The notes: generated by a model not told the origin, from the letters alone. Shown: positions 27,632-37,108, numbered from the stretch's first letter. The stretch is DNA of 41,953 bases from a virus (IMGVR_UViG_3300044564_000014:1-41953), one strand, 5' to 3'. Numbers and translations: made by a program.

Positions 27632-28039
27632 TCATTTTTGCGGCTTCCAATGCCCTGGAAGTCGCAAGAGGTGCTTTATTGTTCCATTTTATGACCTTTT
27701 TTCCACGGTCAAAAAATCCACATGCCTGAAAATCAGCGATTTGGCATCTGGATTTTTTGAAAGAACGGGAATTTGTGCAACAGCACCCCCCACCGCCCTA
27801 CGCTTCTTGGGCAATTGCCGACAAAGAATTTAGCGGAATATGTAAAGAACTTTTACTTTTGTGAGGATAGGAACGGAGCGCAGGCAATTGCCGATGCGCG
27901 GTACACAGCGGACCGATGGCATTATCGGTTGGCTGTGTAAAAGAAGGTACTATCCTCTTATCCTTTGACTGGATAGGATTAGGCGGTGTGAAGCTTGCCC
28001 CACGTTAGCCTAAGGAGGTGCTGTCAATGGAGCATCAAT

Positions 28040-28070
28040 AAAAAAGCCCCGGGCCATTGGGCCCAGGGCT
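28040..28070 (-). terminator. Intrinsic terminator after ardC-like gene
   Basis: GC-rich stem AGCCCTGGGCC/GGCCCGGGGCT followed by a T-run. Confidence 0.75.
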
Positions 28071-28090
28071 GAATTGGGAAGAGGACGGGG

Positions 28091-29080
28091 TCATGCGGTG
28101 AGTTTGTCAAGGATCATCCGGCTGGCCTTGTCAACGTCACCCATGAGCGACAGCACATACTTGGGTTCCTTCTTGAAGTCGGCGATCCAATTGTCCAGGT
28201 AGGCAGCGTTGTTGTCGAGTATTCGCTTGTCAAAACCGAGTACCTGACCACAACGGGCAGCGCCGAGTTCAGCGACAAGTTCTTCCTTGGCATAGAGACC
28301 GTCTCCGAATCTCTTGCCCATAGTCCTGTTGAGACGCTCCGGCGTACCGGTGGAGTGGATCATCTCGTGCAGGAGGGATGCATAATATTCCTGTCCATCC
28401 GTATAGATTTCTTCGTCGGTTTCTCCGATCCGGAACTGTGCCTTGGTAGGTATGACTATCCTGTCATACGATGCACTGTAATAGGCTCCGTCTGCAGGTT
28501 CGTCAAACTGTATAGGACATACCCAGTCCTGACGGTTCAGAAGTTCGTCGAGAGCAGCATTGTCGTACATCCCGTCAGAGTCGGTAAGCACATCGACCTT
28601 GAACATGCTCTTGAGCTTATCTAACTTTTCCGGATGTTTTTCTCCGAGGTTGGTCTGGTCAACATTAAAGACGTTGTAGCTTTTCAGGAACGGGACTAAC
28701 CCGCACTGCTGTTTTTCCGCCGGAGTCATGTTATCGTAAACGTCCATAGACAGCTTGCGACCGGTGGGCGTTACGGCGTAATGATCCCAGAAGATGACAG
28801 GCATAGACTTTGCGCCCTTGTTGACATGGGCACCGAGCTTATTGGCTTGACGAAGCGTGCAATATATAGGGTAGTTGAAGTGACCCATCGCGCAATCGAG
28901 CATGAGCCAGAAGATGTTATGCCCTTGATAATTGCGCCCCTCGATATTGACGGGGCTACCTCCGATGGTCTTTCCTATCCATCCTTTTTTCCACTGTTCT
29001 GATTTCATCTCTTCCATTCTCGTGATGATCATCGTTGCGAACTTTTCCAAAACTTTTTCGTTGTGCTCTGTAATTTTCAT
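28091..29080 (-). CDS. ardC: ArdC-like ssDNA-binding anti-restriction protein with zincin-like domain
   Basis: 'W.K.W....P.N...R.YQG.N', 'T..QA..LG..V.KG.KS', 'YNVFNVDQ', 'AYY....D.I..P', HEMIHSTG, 'YAKEELVAELGA', 'AAYL..W'. Confidence 0.88.
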   Translation of the reverse strand: MKITEHNEKVLEKFATMIITRMEEMKSEQWKKGWIGKTIGGSPVNIEGRNYQGHNIFWLMLDCAMGHFNYPIYCTLRQANKLGAHVNKGAKSMPVIFWDHYAVTPTGRKLSMDVYDNMTPAEKQQCGLVPFLKSYNVFNVDQTNLGEKHPEKLDKLKSMFKVDVLTDSDGMYDNAALDELLNRQDWVCPIQFDEPADGAYYSASYDRIVIPTKAQFRIGETDEEIYTDGQEYYASLLHEMIHSTGTPERLNRTMGKRFGDGLYAKEELVAELGAARCGQVLGFDKRILDNNAAYLDNWIADFKKEPKYVLSLMGDVDKASRMILDKLTA

Positions 29081-29113
29081 GATTCCAATATTTATTTGTT
29101 ATACAAAATGTGA

Positions 29114-29350
29114 TTATCCCATTATCGTTATTTGAATATAGCTGATGTCTACCATCGAGTCAGAAGCGAGTTGCTCAGCTATCTCCGTAGCCTGTGCACT
29201 GGAGTCTGCCATGATCTCATACTGTTGATATTCTCCGTCTTCTCCGTTCACTTCCACTTGGTAGATGTTCTGTGAAAACTTGTAATTGTCGCGTCTTTTT
29301 TTGAAACCGTTGCCAGTCAATTCTCTTGATGTTACTGATGTCGTTGTCAT
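29114..29350 (-). CDS. Small acidic hypothetical protein upstream of ardC
   Basis: 78 aa from MTTTSV; acidic C-terminal half. Confidence 0.6.
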   Translation of the reverse strand: MTTTSVTSRELTGNGFKKRRDNYKFSQNIYQVEVNGEDGEYQQYEIMADSSAQATEIAEQLASDSMVDISYIQITIMG

Positions 29351-29381
29351 AGTCGTAAATATTAATTTGTCAAACTTATTA

Positions 29382-29571
29382 TTTTTTACGTGCAAAACAA
29401 ACAGGCAAGAGGAAGGTACGGAAATGCAAGGGATGTCCGGAAAAGAACATCCATTGGACTTGAAAAAAATCCGAAAAAGGCAAACCTGCCCGGATTGTTT
29501 TTATTGTTTTCCGAGACAAATGGAATGTGCCCTTGCAGAGTACCGCTTGACGTAGATTTGCAAAGGAAAAA
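29382..29571. promoter_or_regulatory. Long imperfect hairpin upstream of ardC operon (Frpo-like ssDNA promoter or structured RNA)
   Basis: Nested complementary blocks TGCAAA/TTTGCA, CAAG/CTTG, GGTAC/GTACC, TGCAAGGG/CCCTTGCA, CCATT/AATGG, AATCCG/CGGATT, GGCA/TGCC. Confidence 0.5.
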
Positions 29572-29937
29572 AGGAGAAGTGACAATATACGGAGACATGC
29601 CGGCGACAGCGTATCAGAAAAATACTGGCAGGTCAGAAAGAGAAAATAGAGACAGGACAAAGTTATAGAACATCCAAGTGGGCGTGACTGGAGAGGACAT
29701 ACCAATAAGAGTGCATGGTGATGCCGGCATAGGTGTAGGAATAGATGGTGCAGCTCATGACCGATAGTTAATCATCAGACCTTGATAATGGGCGCATTTT
29801 GCAAAATAAAAAGAAAAAAAATGACAGAAACAACGGACATCATCGGTTCGCAATGACATCCGGAATGGGATTTTGGAGAAAAAATGTGGAGGAAGGATAG
29901 GGAATACGATCAGGGTCGCCCTTATATAAAGGCGCGA

Positions 29938-31563
29938 TTATCCATAGGTGTTGGATATGATACCGGTCGATTGCATGACGGGGAACCGTTCCACGCCGAT
30001 GCACAGCTCGTCGAAGGCGTCAGACCCGTCAGTACGGCCTTCGAGTTTGTCTTCTTCTGTTTCTGCTAATTTCTCGCCGCGTTTGTCCTTGTTTCCGTTG
30101 TAGACTCCAGCGGACTGTATGGAGATCAGAAGATCCGGGTTGTTGTCACGGTTGATAAAGACCTGATGCCTTGCACGACCTCGGAACATCCGGTTGATAA
30201 GCGCATTTTTGTCGATATGCTTCATCGGCTGACCGGTATAGACGGCACGGACATTCCACTTGTTGCGACGAAGGATGCTCTCGATCTCCCGGTGGAAATC
30301 ATTGTTGTGCAGCGCATAATTGTTGCCGACGAAGGTAGCGTCGTAGTAAAATATCACTTGCTTTCTCCGGTGATATTTGTAATAGGCCATAAAGTCATCT
30401 AACAGTTCCGGGATTTTCCGCTCATACTTGACGAAGAAAGACTTGAGGATACGCAGTTTTCCTTTCGCGTCCACCTGACCGACCACGAGCCAGTTGATGT
30501 TGGCATTGGCATCGAAGGCAATGATGAGGGGCAGGCCCGCATCCAGGTCGCTGTCCATACGACAGTTTTCCGGGAGATTATTTTTATCAAGGTTGGCGAG
30601 ATTGAGTACCGACTCATTAGGTGCCGTATACAGATTGACATCCTCGCGCATCCCGCCATAGAATCCGTCTGCAGAGATTCCTATCCTCTTGCACATGATA
30701 GACGTGGCAAAGGTAAGTGGAGGGAGATCACGTTTTGCACGCCGTATAAAATCCTCACCCAACAGGGCGAGATTTTCGATCGAGGAATATTCCTTGTACA
30801 ACAGGCATTTCGACTGCAGGAAATTCAATTGCTTTTCCAGACTTTCGAGACGGGCTGTGATTCTTTCCGCCCGTTCCGGGTACCTTGATAACTTTTGACG
30901 TAATTTCCACCGCTGATAGATCATCCCTTCGATGACTGCTACAAGTTCCGGATCCATCTTATCCTTGTAGCCCAGGAACCAAGAACCTTTCTTTGTGACG
31001 GGCATATCTGAAGTAATGGTCATCCCGTGATGAAGCGGAAAATTACTGAAATACTGTTCATTTCCGCGGTTCGCCTGAAAGGTTTCTTCTTTCAACTGTT
31101 CGAAGTCCACGAATTTAGCCTCGTCTATGATTATATAATCCAGTGACATGGAGTTACTGGTACCTGAACGGTCCTGTGAGATGATGTTGATGACAGAACC
31201 ATTATAGAACGATATAGTATTTTCCCAGTTGGCGGGCGTGAAGATGGGGGATTTCCAGTGGAGTTTTCGCCAGGGCTTTTTGCCGACCACATAGTGCAGG
31301 TCGCGCTTAAAGCCCCACCGCTCCAGGTGAATCAGCATGGAGGGAAGAATATTGGTCAGGCAGCGCTTGACCGATGGAGAAACGAAACCTCCCATGCTTC
31401 CGGGCATCCCCTGGAAACAGCGCTGGATGCGTACCGCCTGCAGCGCACCCTTGCCCCAACCACGTCCGCAAACTGCAACTTCGTCGTGGGCCATCATCGA
31501 TGCCATATAGATTTGCGCATCGTTGAAATACTGTCTATTCGGTTCCGTCGTCTGTTCCATCAT
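29938..31563 (-). CDS. terL: Terminase large subunit
   Basis: Walker A CGRGWGKG, Walker B YIIIDEA, RNase H-like nuclease AFDAN...YYDAT...DGSDAFD. Confidence 0.9.
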   Translation of the reverse strand: MMEQTTEPNRQYFNDAQIYMASMMAHDEVAVCGRGWGKGALQAVRIQRCFQGMPGSMGGFVSPSVKRCLTNILPSMLIHLERWGFKRDLHYVVGKKPWRKLHWKSPIFTPANWENTISFYNGSVINIISQDRSGTSNSMSLDYIIIDEAKFVDFEQLKEETFQANRGNEQYFSNFPLHHGMTITSDMPVTKKGSWFLGYKDKMDPELVAVIEGMIYQRWKLRQKLSRYPERAERITARLESLEKQLNFLQSKCLLYKEYSSIENLALLGEDFIRRAKRDLPPLTFATSIMCKRIGISADGFYGGMREDVNLYTAPNESVLNLANLDKNNLPENCRMDSDLDAGLPLIIAFDANANINWLVVGQVDAKGKLRILKSFFVKYERKIPELLDDFMAYYKYHRRKQVIFYYDATFVGNNYALHNNDFHREIESILRRNKWNVRAVYTGQPMKHIDKNALINRMFRGRARHQVFINRDNNPDLLISIQSAGVYNGNKDKRGEKLAETEEDKLEGRTDGSDAFDELCIGVERFPVMQSTGIISNTYG

Positions 31564-32134
31564 CTTCCACCTCTATGTATTCCGTATTGTCCCAGGACTT
31601 GTCGGTATTATACTTGGAAATGAGTTTCTTGATCTTATTCCGCAGGTCTGGTATCTTCTGGATACCGATTACCGTAGGATCATCCACAGGCTCGAAAGTC
31701 TGCGGGACGATTTTTTCGAATTCCAGTTCAGGCTCATCATCCTTATCCGTCCGGTTGTTGAGAATCCTGTTTTTTTCCAGTTGGGCCACCGCCCGGTAAT
31801 CCTGTGCACGGCGTGCAGCCTTCAAGTCCTCCTCTATGTCCATATTGATTTTCCAGCGCATGAACTCCTTGTTTGCCTGTTGCAAATTACCCAGGAGAAC
31901 TTGCACGAGATGAAGGTCATCGTATGCTTGAGTCCGGCTGACCCTGAACATATTAATGTCGTAGGTCACGATTTCCCGGTCACATTTACCGGGGAACTGG
32001 AGCCAGTAGGCATAGAGTCCCCGCAGCCTGTGCAGTCTCGTAAGGATAATTTGGCTAACATGCTGTTCCTGCAGTTCGTCATCGTTCATCGTGACGTACC
32101 GCGAATATTCGTCTATGTTAACGGGTAAACTCAT
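31535..32134 (-). CDS. Putative terminase small subunit
   Basis: 199 aa immediately upstream of terL; HTH-like 'FRVSRTQAYDDL'. Confidence 0.55.
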   Translation of the reverse strand: MSLPVNIDEYSRYVTMNDDELQEQHVSQIILTRLHRLRGLYAYWLQFPGKCDREIVTYDINMFRVSRTQAYDDLHLVQVLLGNLQQANKEFMRWKINMDIEEDLKAARRAQDYRAVAQLEKNRILNNRTDKDDEPELEFEKIVPQTFEPVDDPTVIGIQKIPDLRNKIKKLISKYNTDKSWDNTEYIEVEDDGTDDGTE

Positions 32135-32412
32135 AGTGTTACTTCTGATAGCATATTGAGGATCTGCCGCTGGCATTCTGTGATGGAGTAGGGGGAGCCA
32201 GCAATGGCGGCATCTCTGATATTATTCCGGAGCTGATTTGCGGTTGTGGCCATACCGCGGAAAAATGCCCTTCGGACAGGATGTCCGAGGGTATTAATAT
32301 CGTCTTTCAAGCTCATTTCGTCAAGATCAAGGAGATGACTGATCTCAGTTGGAGTCATCATTTCCTGAGCTTTCTTCTCGATTTCTTTGAGCAATTCTGT
32401 CGAATAGTCCAT
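32131..32412 (-). CDS. Hypothetical protein (possible HTH; packaging module)
   Basis: 93 aa, coupled to neighbouring genes. Confidence 0.6.
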   Translation of the reverse strand: MDYSTELLKEIEKKAQEMMTPTEISHLLDLDEMSLKDDINTLGHPVRRAFFRGMATTANQLRNNIRDAAIAGSPYSITECQRQILNMLSEVTL

Positions 32413-32887
32413 TGAGTAATATCGCTTTTTCTGTTATCCGGGCAAAGCTGGCATAGAGATTATCCCAGATTTTCGGATCAGTTGTCACAACAGTACATTC
32501 CGCACGGTCACCGTAGGTCTGGTTTTGCGAGCTGATGGATGACACCCTCATACGGCCGTTGGTGACCAGTACGATTTTGGAGTGATTCTGTGCCAGGAAA
32601 ACATCATCGAAGGCGTGTTCCATGAGTTGGGACAGGGCCACGGTCTTGCGTGATGCTTTTAGGTCGGCCATCAGGACGGCATGCTTTACCAGTCCCTTTT
32701 TCCTCAATCGAAGGAATCCGGAGAGGAAAGCGTCGGAAGTGGAAAAGGTACTCACATACACCTGTGACGGTCCGGTCTGTTCGAGGATCCATCCGATAAG
32801 GCCGAGGGTATGCAGTCCTTTCCCGAGATATGTCTGCAGTGGGCTCCGGTCAAGAGGCTGCAGGAGTTCCGTTATCTGTCTTGACAT
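32345..32887 (-). CDS. Phospholipase D-like (HxK) nuclease-fold protein
   Basis: 'VYVSTFS', 'NHSKIVLV', 'SSQNQT...R.E' match a single PLD half-site; start MSRQITE. Confidence 0.7.
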   Translation of the reverse strand: MSRQITELLQPLDRSPLQTYLGKGLHTLGLIGWILEQTGPSQVYVSTFSTSDAFLSGFLRLRKKGLVKHAVLMADLKASRKTVALSQLMEHAFDDVFLAQNHSKIVLVTNGRMRVSSISSQNQTYGDRAECTVVTTDPKIWDNLYASFARITEKAILLNGLFDRIAQRNREESSGNDDSN

Positions 32888-33812
32888 TTTCCGTACTTTC
32901 CTTAGTCTCAGTTGTCGATGTTTGGCTCTCTTCTTTTGCTTCTTTAGTCTCCTCTGTGCCGGTCTTGGCATCTTCTGTGTTTTCCTTGGTCGTTGGTGTC
33001 TCTCCGCAACCTTCAGCAATTTTTTTGGTCAGATCATCTCCCAGTGTCTGTCCGTTATTGATCAGGATGTCCCTTCTCTGGATGATATTTTCCTTTAGTG
33101 CCTGGTATCTGGAGATGGTGTCCGCATCAGCATTTTCTGCCAATGCAGCAGCTTTCAGTTCAATGAGCTTATCTATGTTTTTTGACAGATAAGACCTCGC
33201 ATTGTTGATGTCTTTCACCAGTTGGGTAGGATCTGCGGCTGATGTCGTTTCTTCCATTGCGCTACCATCACCGACTTTGTAATTATCGTAGGTCTCGAAA
33301 GCTGCTTTGTAGGCATACCAGAGTTCCTTCATGGCACTCAGATATTCATACCTGTCGCACGGTTCCGTCAACGTCTTGCAGGTATTGTAGGCAGCCTTGA
33401 TTTTCTTCCATCTTTCGGCATTTTCTGTCCAGATGGCCTGGATGTCTGCAGGCAGACTGTCATGATCCGCTCTTTTGCCATTACGTAGTGGGAGATCCAT
33501 TTCCTCATCACTCTTGGTATCATTTCCTGCCGGTTCTTCAGCGATTGCCGTAGCAACAGTAGGTGTGATCTGTGCATCCAATGTCTTTACGTCTCCCATG
33601 GTCATTCTGGCCAGGCGAATGGGAAGGAATTTTTTTAATTCGTATATAACTTTGCTCTCATACTTTTCCGGTTTCCGGAGAATATTCTGGTGGAGTGACT
33701 GATTGCGGTTCAGGCGCAACAGCAGATTGGCTCCCTCGACAATACTGTCGGAATCATGGCTGTCCTCTTCAAGCCATCTTTTGATTTTTACGGTCAAATC
33801 ATTATCTATCAT
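32850..33812 (-). CDS. Hypothetical phage protein
   Basis: 320 aa helical protein with 'GKRADHDSLP..IQA.W..N' motif and low-complexity T/E/K tail. Confidence 0.65.
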   Translation of the reverse strand: MIDNDLTVKIKRWLEEDSHDSDSIVEGANLLLRLNRNQSLHQNILRKPEKYESKVIYELKKFLPIRLARMTMGDVKTLDAQITPTVATAIAEEPAGNDTKSDEEMDLPLRNGKRADHDSLPADIQAIWTENAERWKKIKAAYNTCKTLTEPCDRYEYLSAMKELWYAYKAAFETYDNYKVGDGSAMEETTSAADPTQLVKDINNARSYLSKNIDKLIELKAAALAENADADTISRYQALKENIIQRRDILINNGQTLGDDLTKKIAEGCGETPTTKENTEDAKTGTEETKEAKEESQTSTTETKESTENVKTDNGTPAAS

Positions 33813-33895
33813 CTTGTTATCATTTATAAAATTATCAAAAAAGGGTGGCTCACAGTAATATCTGTAAGACACCCGTCACCTGATTATACAATCTT

Positions 33896-34513
33896 TTAAG
33901 AACCTGTAGATCCAGTTCCCGTAGTTACTGCAGAACCATCTTCACCGCTTATATCCCCGTCTGCAGTCTCGATGGTACCCGGATAGTAGGGTGCTGGATA
34001 CATATCTGTGGCTACAGCCGTAACAGTTGTTGAATTTGTATCCGTCGCTGCCTTTCCGGAGTCCTGTGCGAGGGTAAGTTCCGGAGAAAAATCTTTCGAT
34101 CCGATCATGCGGTATTTCCCGTCACGGCCAGGAACAAGGAAGATCATCTCGTCGTTGTTGGCTTCCGCGATGAACCCGGAAACCTCTTCCGTTGTGCGCG
34201 GTATGACGAAAGTACCCGTGTTTTTAAACGACTTGCTGCCATACGAACCTTGCGATTCGACCTGCAGCTGACTCTGGTCAGGGATCAGGTCCACCTTAAA
34301 CCATTTCTTGTCAGCGGCCAAAGTAAAATTACCCGTATATGCGGGGATTGAAGCTAGTGTGGCCTTATCTGCACGGGAAATAGTCGGATAGCCTACAATA
34401 TCTCTCTTTGATATTGCGTAGAAATGATTAAGGAGTCCGGCTGGTGCTGCTTGCCCCTGGCAAAAGCCGATATCCGAATATAATGACTCCTGATCTGTAC
34501 ATGATTTTGTCAT
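33896..34513 (-). CDS. Probable major tail tube protein
   Basis: 205 aa, Thr/Ser/Gly-rich beta protein directly after capsid gene; call by position and composition. Confidence 0.55.
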   Translation of the reverse strand: MTKSCTDQESLYSDIGFCQGQAAPAGLLNHFYAISKRDIVGYPTISRADKATLASIPAYTGNFTLAADKKWFKVDLIPDQSQLQVESQGSYGSKSFKNTGTFVIPRTTEEVSGFIAEANNDEMIFLVPGRDGKYRMIGSKDFSPELTLAQDSGKAATDTNSTTVTAVATDMYPAPYYPGTIETADGDISGEDGSAVTTGTGSTGS

Positions 34514-34538
34514 TTCTTTGTTTTTTTAGTTTATATAG

Positions 34539-34559
34539 GGAGATTGGTTTCCAATCTCC
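34539..34559 (-). terminator. Hairpin after major capsid gene
   Basis: GGAGATTGG-TTT-CCAATCTCC; no strong U-tract, so may be a stabilising or partial terminator. Confidence 0.4.
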
Positions 34560-34572
34560 TGGAAAATTGATA

Positions 34573-35565
34573 TTAAGCTGCGGTCTTTTCGTATACAGAG
34601 AATACCTTATTACTTACTGACTCGAATTGAGTGCCAAAAAACATATTAGCGATGAAGTCAACATCATAGTGGTTGTTCAGTGACTTTTCGCAGATATATT
34701 TCTCGTCATCTGTCTGCTGATTGTACAGGCAGTAGATGTTTGATTTCGGCGTGAGCAACAGAAAATCTGCCGGCACATTGCTGAGCGGTACCAGTTCCAC
34801 GTTCGATGCCCCTTCCAGGGTGCGTTTGTCGTAGGTCTGATTGTACGGCAATGAACCGTGGTTCATCTGATATGCCTCAGTATAATAGTGGTATGTCAGA
34901 TCTGACATGAAATATTTCAGTTGCTGCCCGCGCAATATTTCGTTGCGAGACCAGAAGAAATCCTTGATGACATCCTCTGCATTATCCTTGGAGATACTGT
35001 CCGTTGACGTCATGAGATTACCGAGATCAGCGGAAATCTTAACAGTAGCAGAATCATTGGTTCCGGCAATATCATTGTCAATAATGGTCTTGAGCCCATT
35101 GAAGAAAGACGCAGTTTCGTCAAATTTCGTACCGTCGTGCTTTGCAGTCCACAAATTGAGGTAGAGGTTCTCGCCGAGTTGCGCCATGATGTATGCGCAG
35201 ACAGCCAGAACGATCGGAACATTTTTCAGCCCGTCACCCTTGGTAATGTTAGAGCCCCAGATAGTCTGGTAGATGGCATTCGGATCAATTGGTTCGATAC
35301 AGTTGCCGAAGAATGTTTCAAATACCCTACCTTCAACTGACACGTTACCGGAACCAAGTTTGTCTTTTTTGTAATTACCGAGTTGGAATTTCCCACTCAT
35401 TTCTGATACCGTTTCACGGTAGCGGATACCCGTCCTTACCGACATGTGCTGCAATGCTGTGCTCATCGCCAGCATCGGCTGGATGATCAACTGTTCCCGG
35501 TAGGTCTGGAAGGTTGTTGTCAACTCTTCCGGAGTGAAGGTAATATATCCTTTTGTTGTTGGCAT
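34573..35565 (-). CDS. Major capsid protein
   Basis: 330 aa immediately downstream of prohead protease/scaffold; size and position typical. Confidence 0.7.
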   Translation of the reverse strand: MPTTKGYITFTPEELTTTFQTYREQLIIQPMLAMSTALQHMSVRTGIRYRETVSEMSGKFQLGNYKKDKLGSGNVSVEGRVFETFFGNCIEPIDPNAIYQTIWGSNITKGDGLKNVPIVLAVCAYIMAQLGENLYLNLWTAKHDGTKFDETASFFNGLKTIIDNDIAGTNDSATVKISADLGNLMTSTDSISKDNAEDVIKDFFWSRNEILRGQQLKYFMSDLTYHYYTEAYQMNHGSLPYNQTYDKRTLEGASNVELVPLSNVPADFLLLTPKSNIYCLYNQQTDDEKYICEKSLNNHYDVDFIANMFFGTQFESVSNKVFSVYEKTAA

Positions 35566-35567
35566 AG

Positions 35568-36653
35568 TTATACTTGACTTACAAGGTTAAACAATTCCTG
35601 CGCTGTGACATTGGCAGGTACTTCGGGAGGATTGTTGTGGGTATCATCACCAGCACTCCCTTTCAGCACGGTGATCTGTGCATCTCTGTCTTTGAGGTCG
35701 GCTTTCGTTTTTTCCAGGTCGTCCTTGAGCTTCTTGATTGCTTCTGCAGCTTTTGTCATAGCCTCCGAATTAGCATGGAGGGTATCATCTATCTGCTTCA
35801 TCTGATCATTGCTCAGAGAGATATTCCCTTTTTCGTCCGTCGTAAATCCGTCCTTCCTGGACAGGAGATTCATGACGGAGGTAAACACTTTGGTCATGTT
35901 TTTTAATTTTGTGTTATCGTGTTGGTTATGGACCAGACTCTTTAATCCCTGCCACGTCTTTTGCAGAAAATTCTGAGTTGGATTGCCCTCCTGATCTATC
36001 ACATAGGACAAGCGATTGTCCCCATGAGACATGACAGGGAGAGGCGGTATGCCTGAATCCTTGAATGTAGTTGAATATAAGTTCGTAAATTGATTATTGA
36101 ATTTATCTGTTTCCGCTTCCGCCTGTGAATCGTTCCGGATGGAATCGACGAGACCGAAGGCGAGGGTCTGATCGGCATTAAGCCAATTCCCTTTATCCAT
36201 CTGTACCTTGCACTCCTCGATGCTCTTTCCTGTTTTTTCGGCATACATCGAAGCAAGTACATCGTCAAAGGTCTTCAGGTTTTCTTTCTGATCCTTGAGA
36301 CTTTTGATATAGGCATCGATCTGATCCTTGTTGGCCTGGTCGTCTATGCCGACATAGGTAGAAGTGTTATGGATAAGGAAAAAACTGCCCTTGACCATGT
36401 CGATGGTCTTACAGCCTAACATGGCGACAGTAGAAATAGAAGCATTCATTCCAAAGGCATGAGCGTGTACATTGCCATGATCACGGAAGGCCTGATTCAT
36501 TTCCAGTCCATCTTTTACCATACCACCGAGTGAACAGAACCCTACATGTACTTCCTTATTTTTGTTATTATTGAGCACATAACGTACATAGTCAGCTGAA
36601 CAACTGCTCCACCAACTACCAATTGTACCCGATATAATAATCTGATATTCCAT
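35568..36653 (-). CDS. ClpP-like prohead protease with C-terminal scaffold
   Basis: 'SLGG.V..G', 'GMNASIST', 'FLIHN', 'WLNADQ...FGLVDSI' ClpP motifs; coiled-coil C-terminus. Confidence 0.88.
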   Translation of the reverse strand: MEYQIIISGTIGSWWSSCSADYVRYVLNNNKNKEVHVGFCSLGGMVKDGLEMNQAFRDHGNVHAHAFGMNASISTVAMLGCKTIDMVKGSFFLIHNTSTYVGIDDQANKDQIDAYIKSLKDQKENLKTFDDVLASMYAEKTGKSIEECKVQMDKGNWLNADQTLAFGLVDSIRNDSQAEAETDKFNNQFTNLYSTTFKDSGIPPLPVMSHGDNRLSYVIDQEGNPTQNFLQKTWQGLKSLVHNQHDNTKLKNMTKVFTSVMNLLSRKDGFTTDEKGNISLSNDQMKQIDDTLHANSEAMTKAAEAIKKLKDDLEKTKADLKDRDAQITVLKGSAGDDTHNNPPEVPANVTAQELFNLVSQV

Positions 36654-36669
36654 GTTCTTTCTTTTTGTA

Positions 36670-36704
36670 CAAAAGTAAGGTAATGGATTTTTTCGCAAAA
36701 ACAC
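36670..36704 (-). promoter_or_regulatory. Putative late promoter (GTGTTTTT-N19-TACTTTTG) for capsid operon
   Basis: Shared bipartite motif. Confidence 0.6.
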
Positions 36705-36706
36705 CG

Positions 36707-37108
36707 CTAACTATCAATATCCGGTATTTGACGATTGACGGTCCATGTTACGGTAACCTCGTCGAGCTGATTGTCGGTAACATTTTCCGGCATGTTCTGC
36801 GTAATGGTTACAACGGGGAAGGGCCGCTGGTCTGTTCCGATGATTTTTTTCGTTCCGTCTGTCAAGGTTGCCCTATAGGCATATCGGGCCATTCTCGACA
36901 ACTTTTCACAAGTTTTGAACTTCAACGTTGCAGTATAGAGTTGATTTTTGTCATCATCCTTATCCGTAATGGATAGAGATGCGGGGATTTTGATGTTTAC
37001 TGGCTCCCATGATAGCCCTTCCATGACCTTGACCTTGTTGTTACCTGTCCAGTAGAGTCCGGACAATTCCGAGCATGGAATTCTGTCGATAGCAATTACC
37101 ACATTCAT
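36707..37108 (-). CDS. Hypothetical phage protein
   Basis: 133 aa from MNVVIA; 'DG...IIGT..RPFP' motif. Confidence 0.6.
   Translation of the reverse strand: MNVVIAIDRIPCSELSGLYWTGNNKVKVMEGLSWEPVNIKIPASLSITDKDDDKNQLYTATLKFKTCEKLSRMARYAYRATLTDGTKKIIGTDQRPFPVVTITQNMPENVTDNQLDEVTVTWTVNRQIPDIDS

Noticed and set aside
29286-29705. Overlapping short ORFs upstream of ardC
   Set aside because: They coincide with the long hairpin and show no protein-like features
35568-36653. Host clpP gene
   Set aside because: C-terminal scaffold extension and position directly before the capsid gene indicate a phage prohead protease
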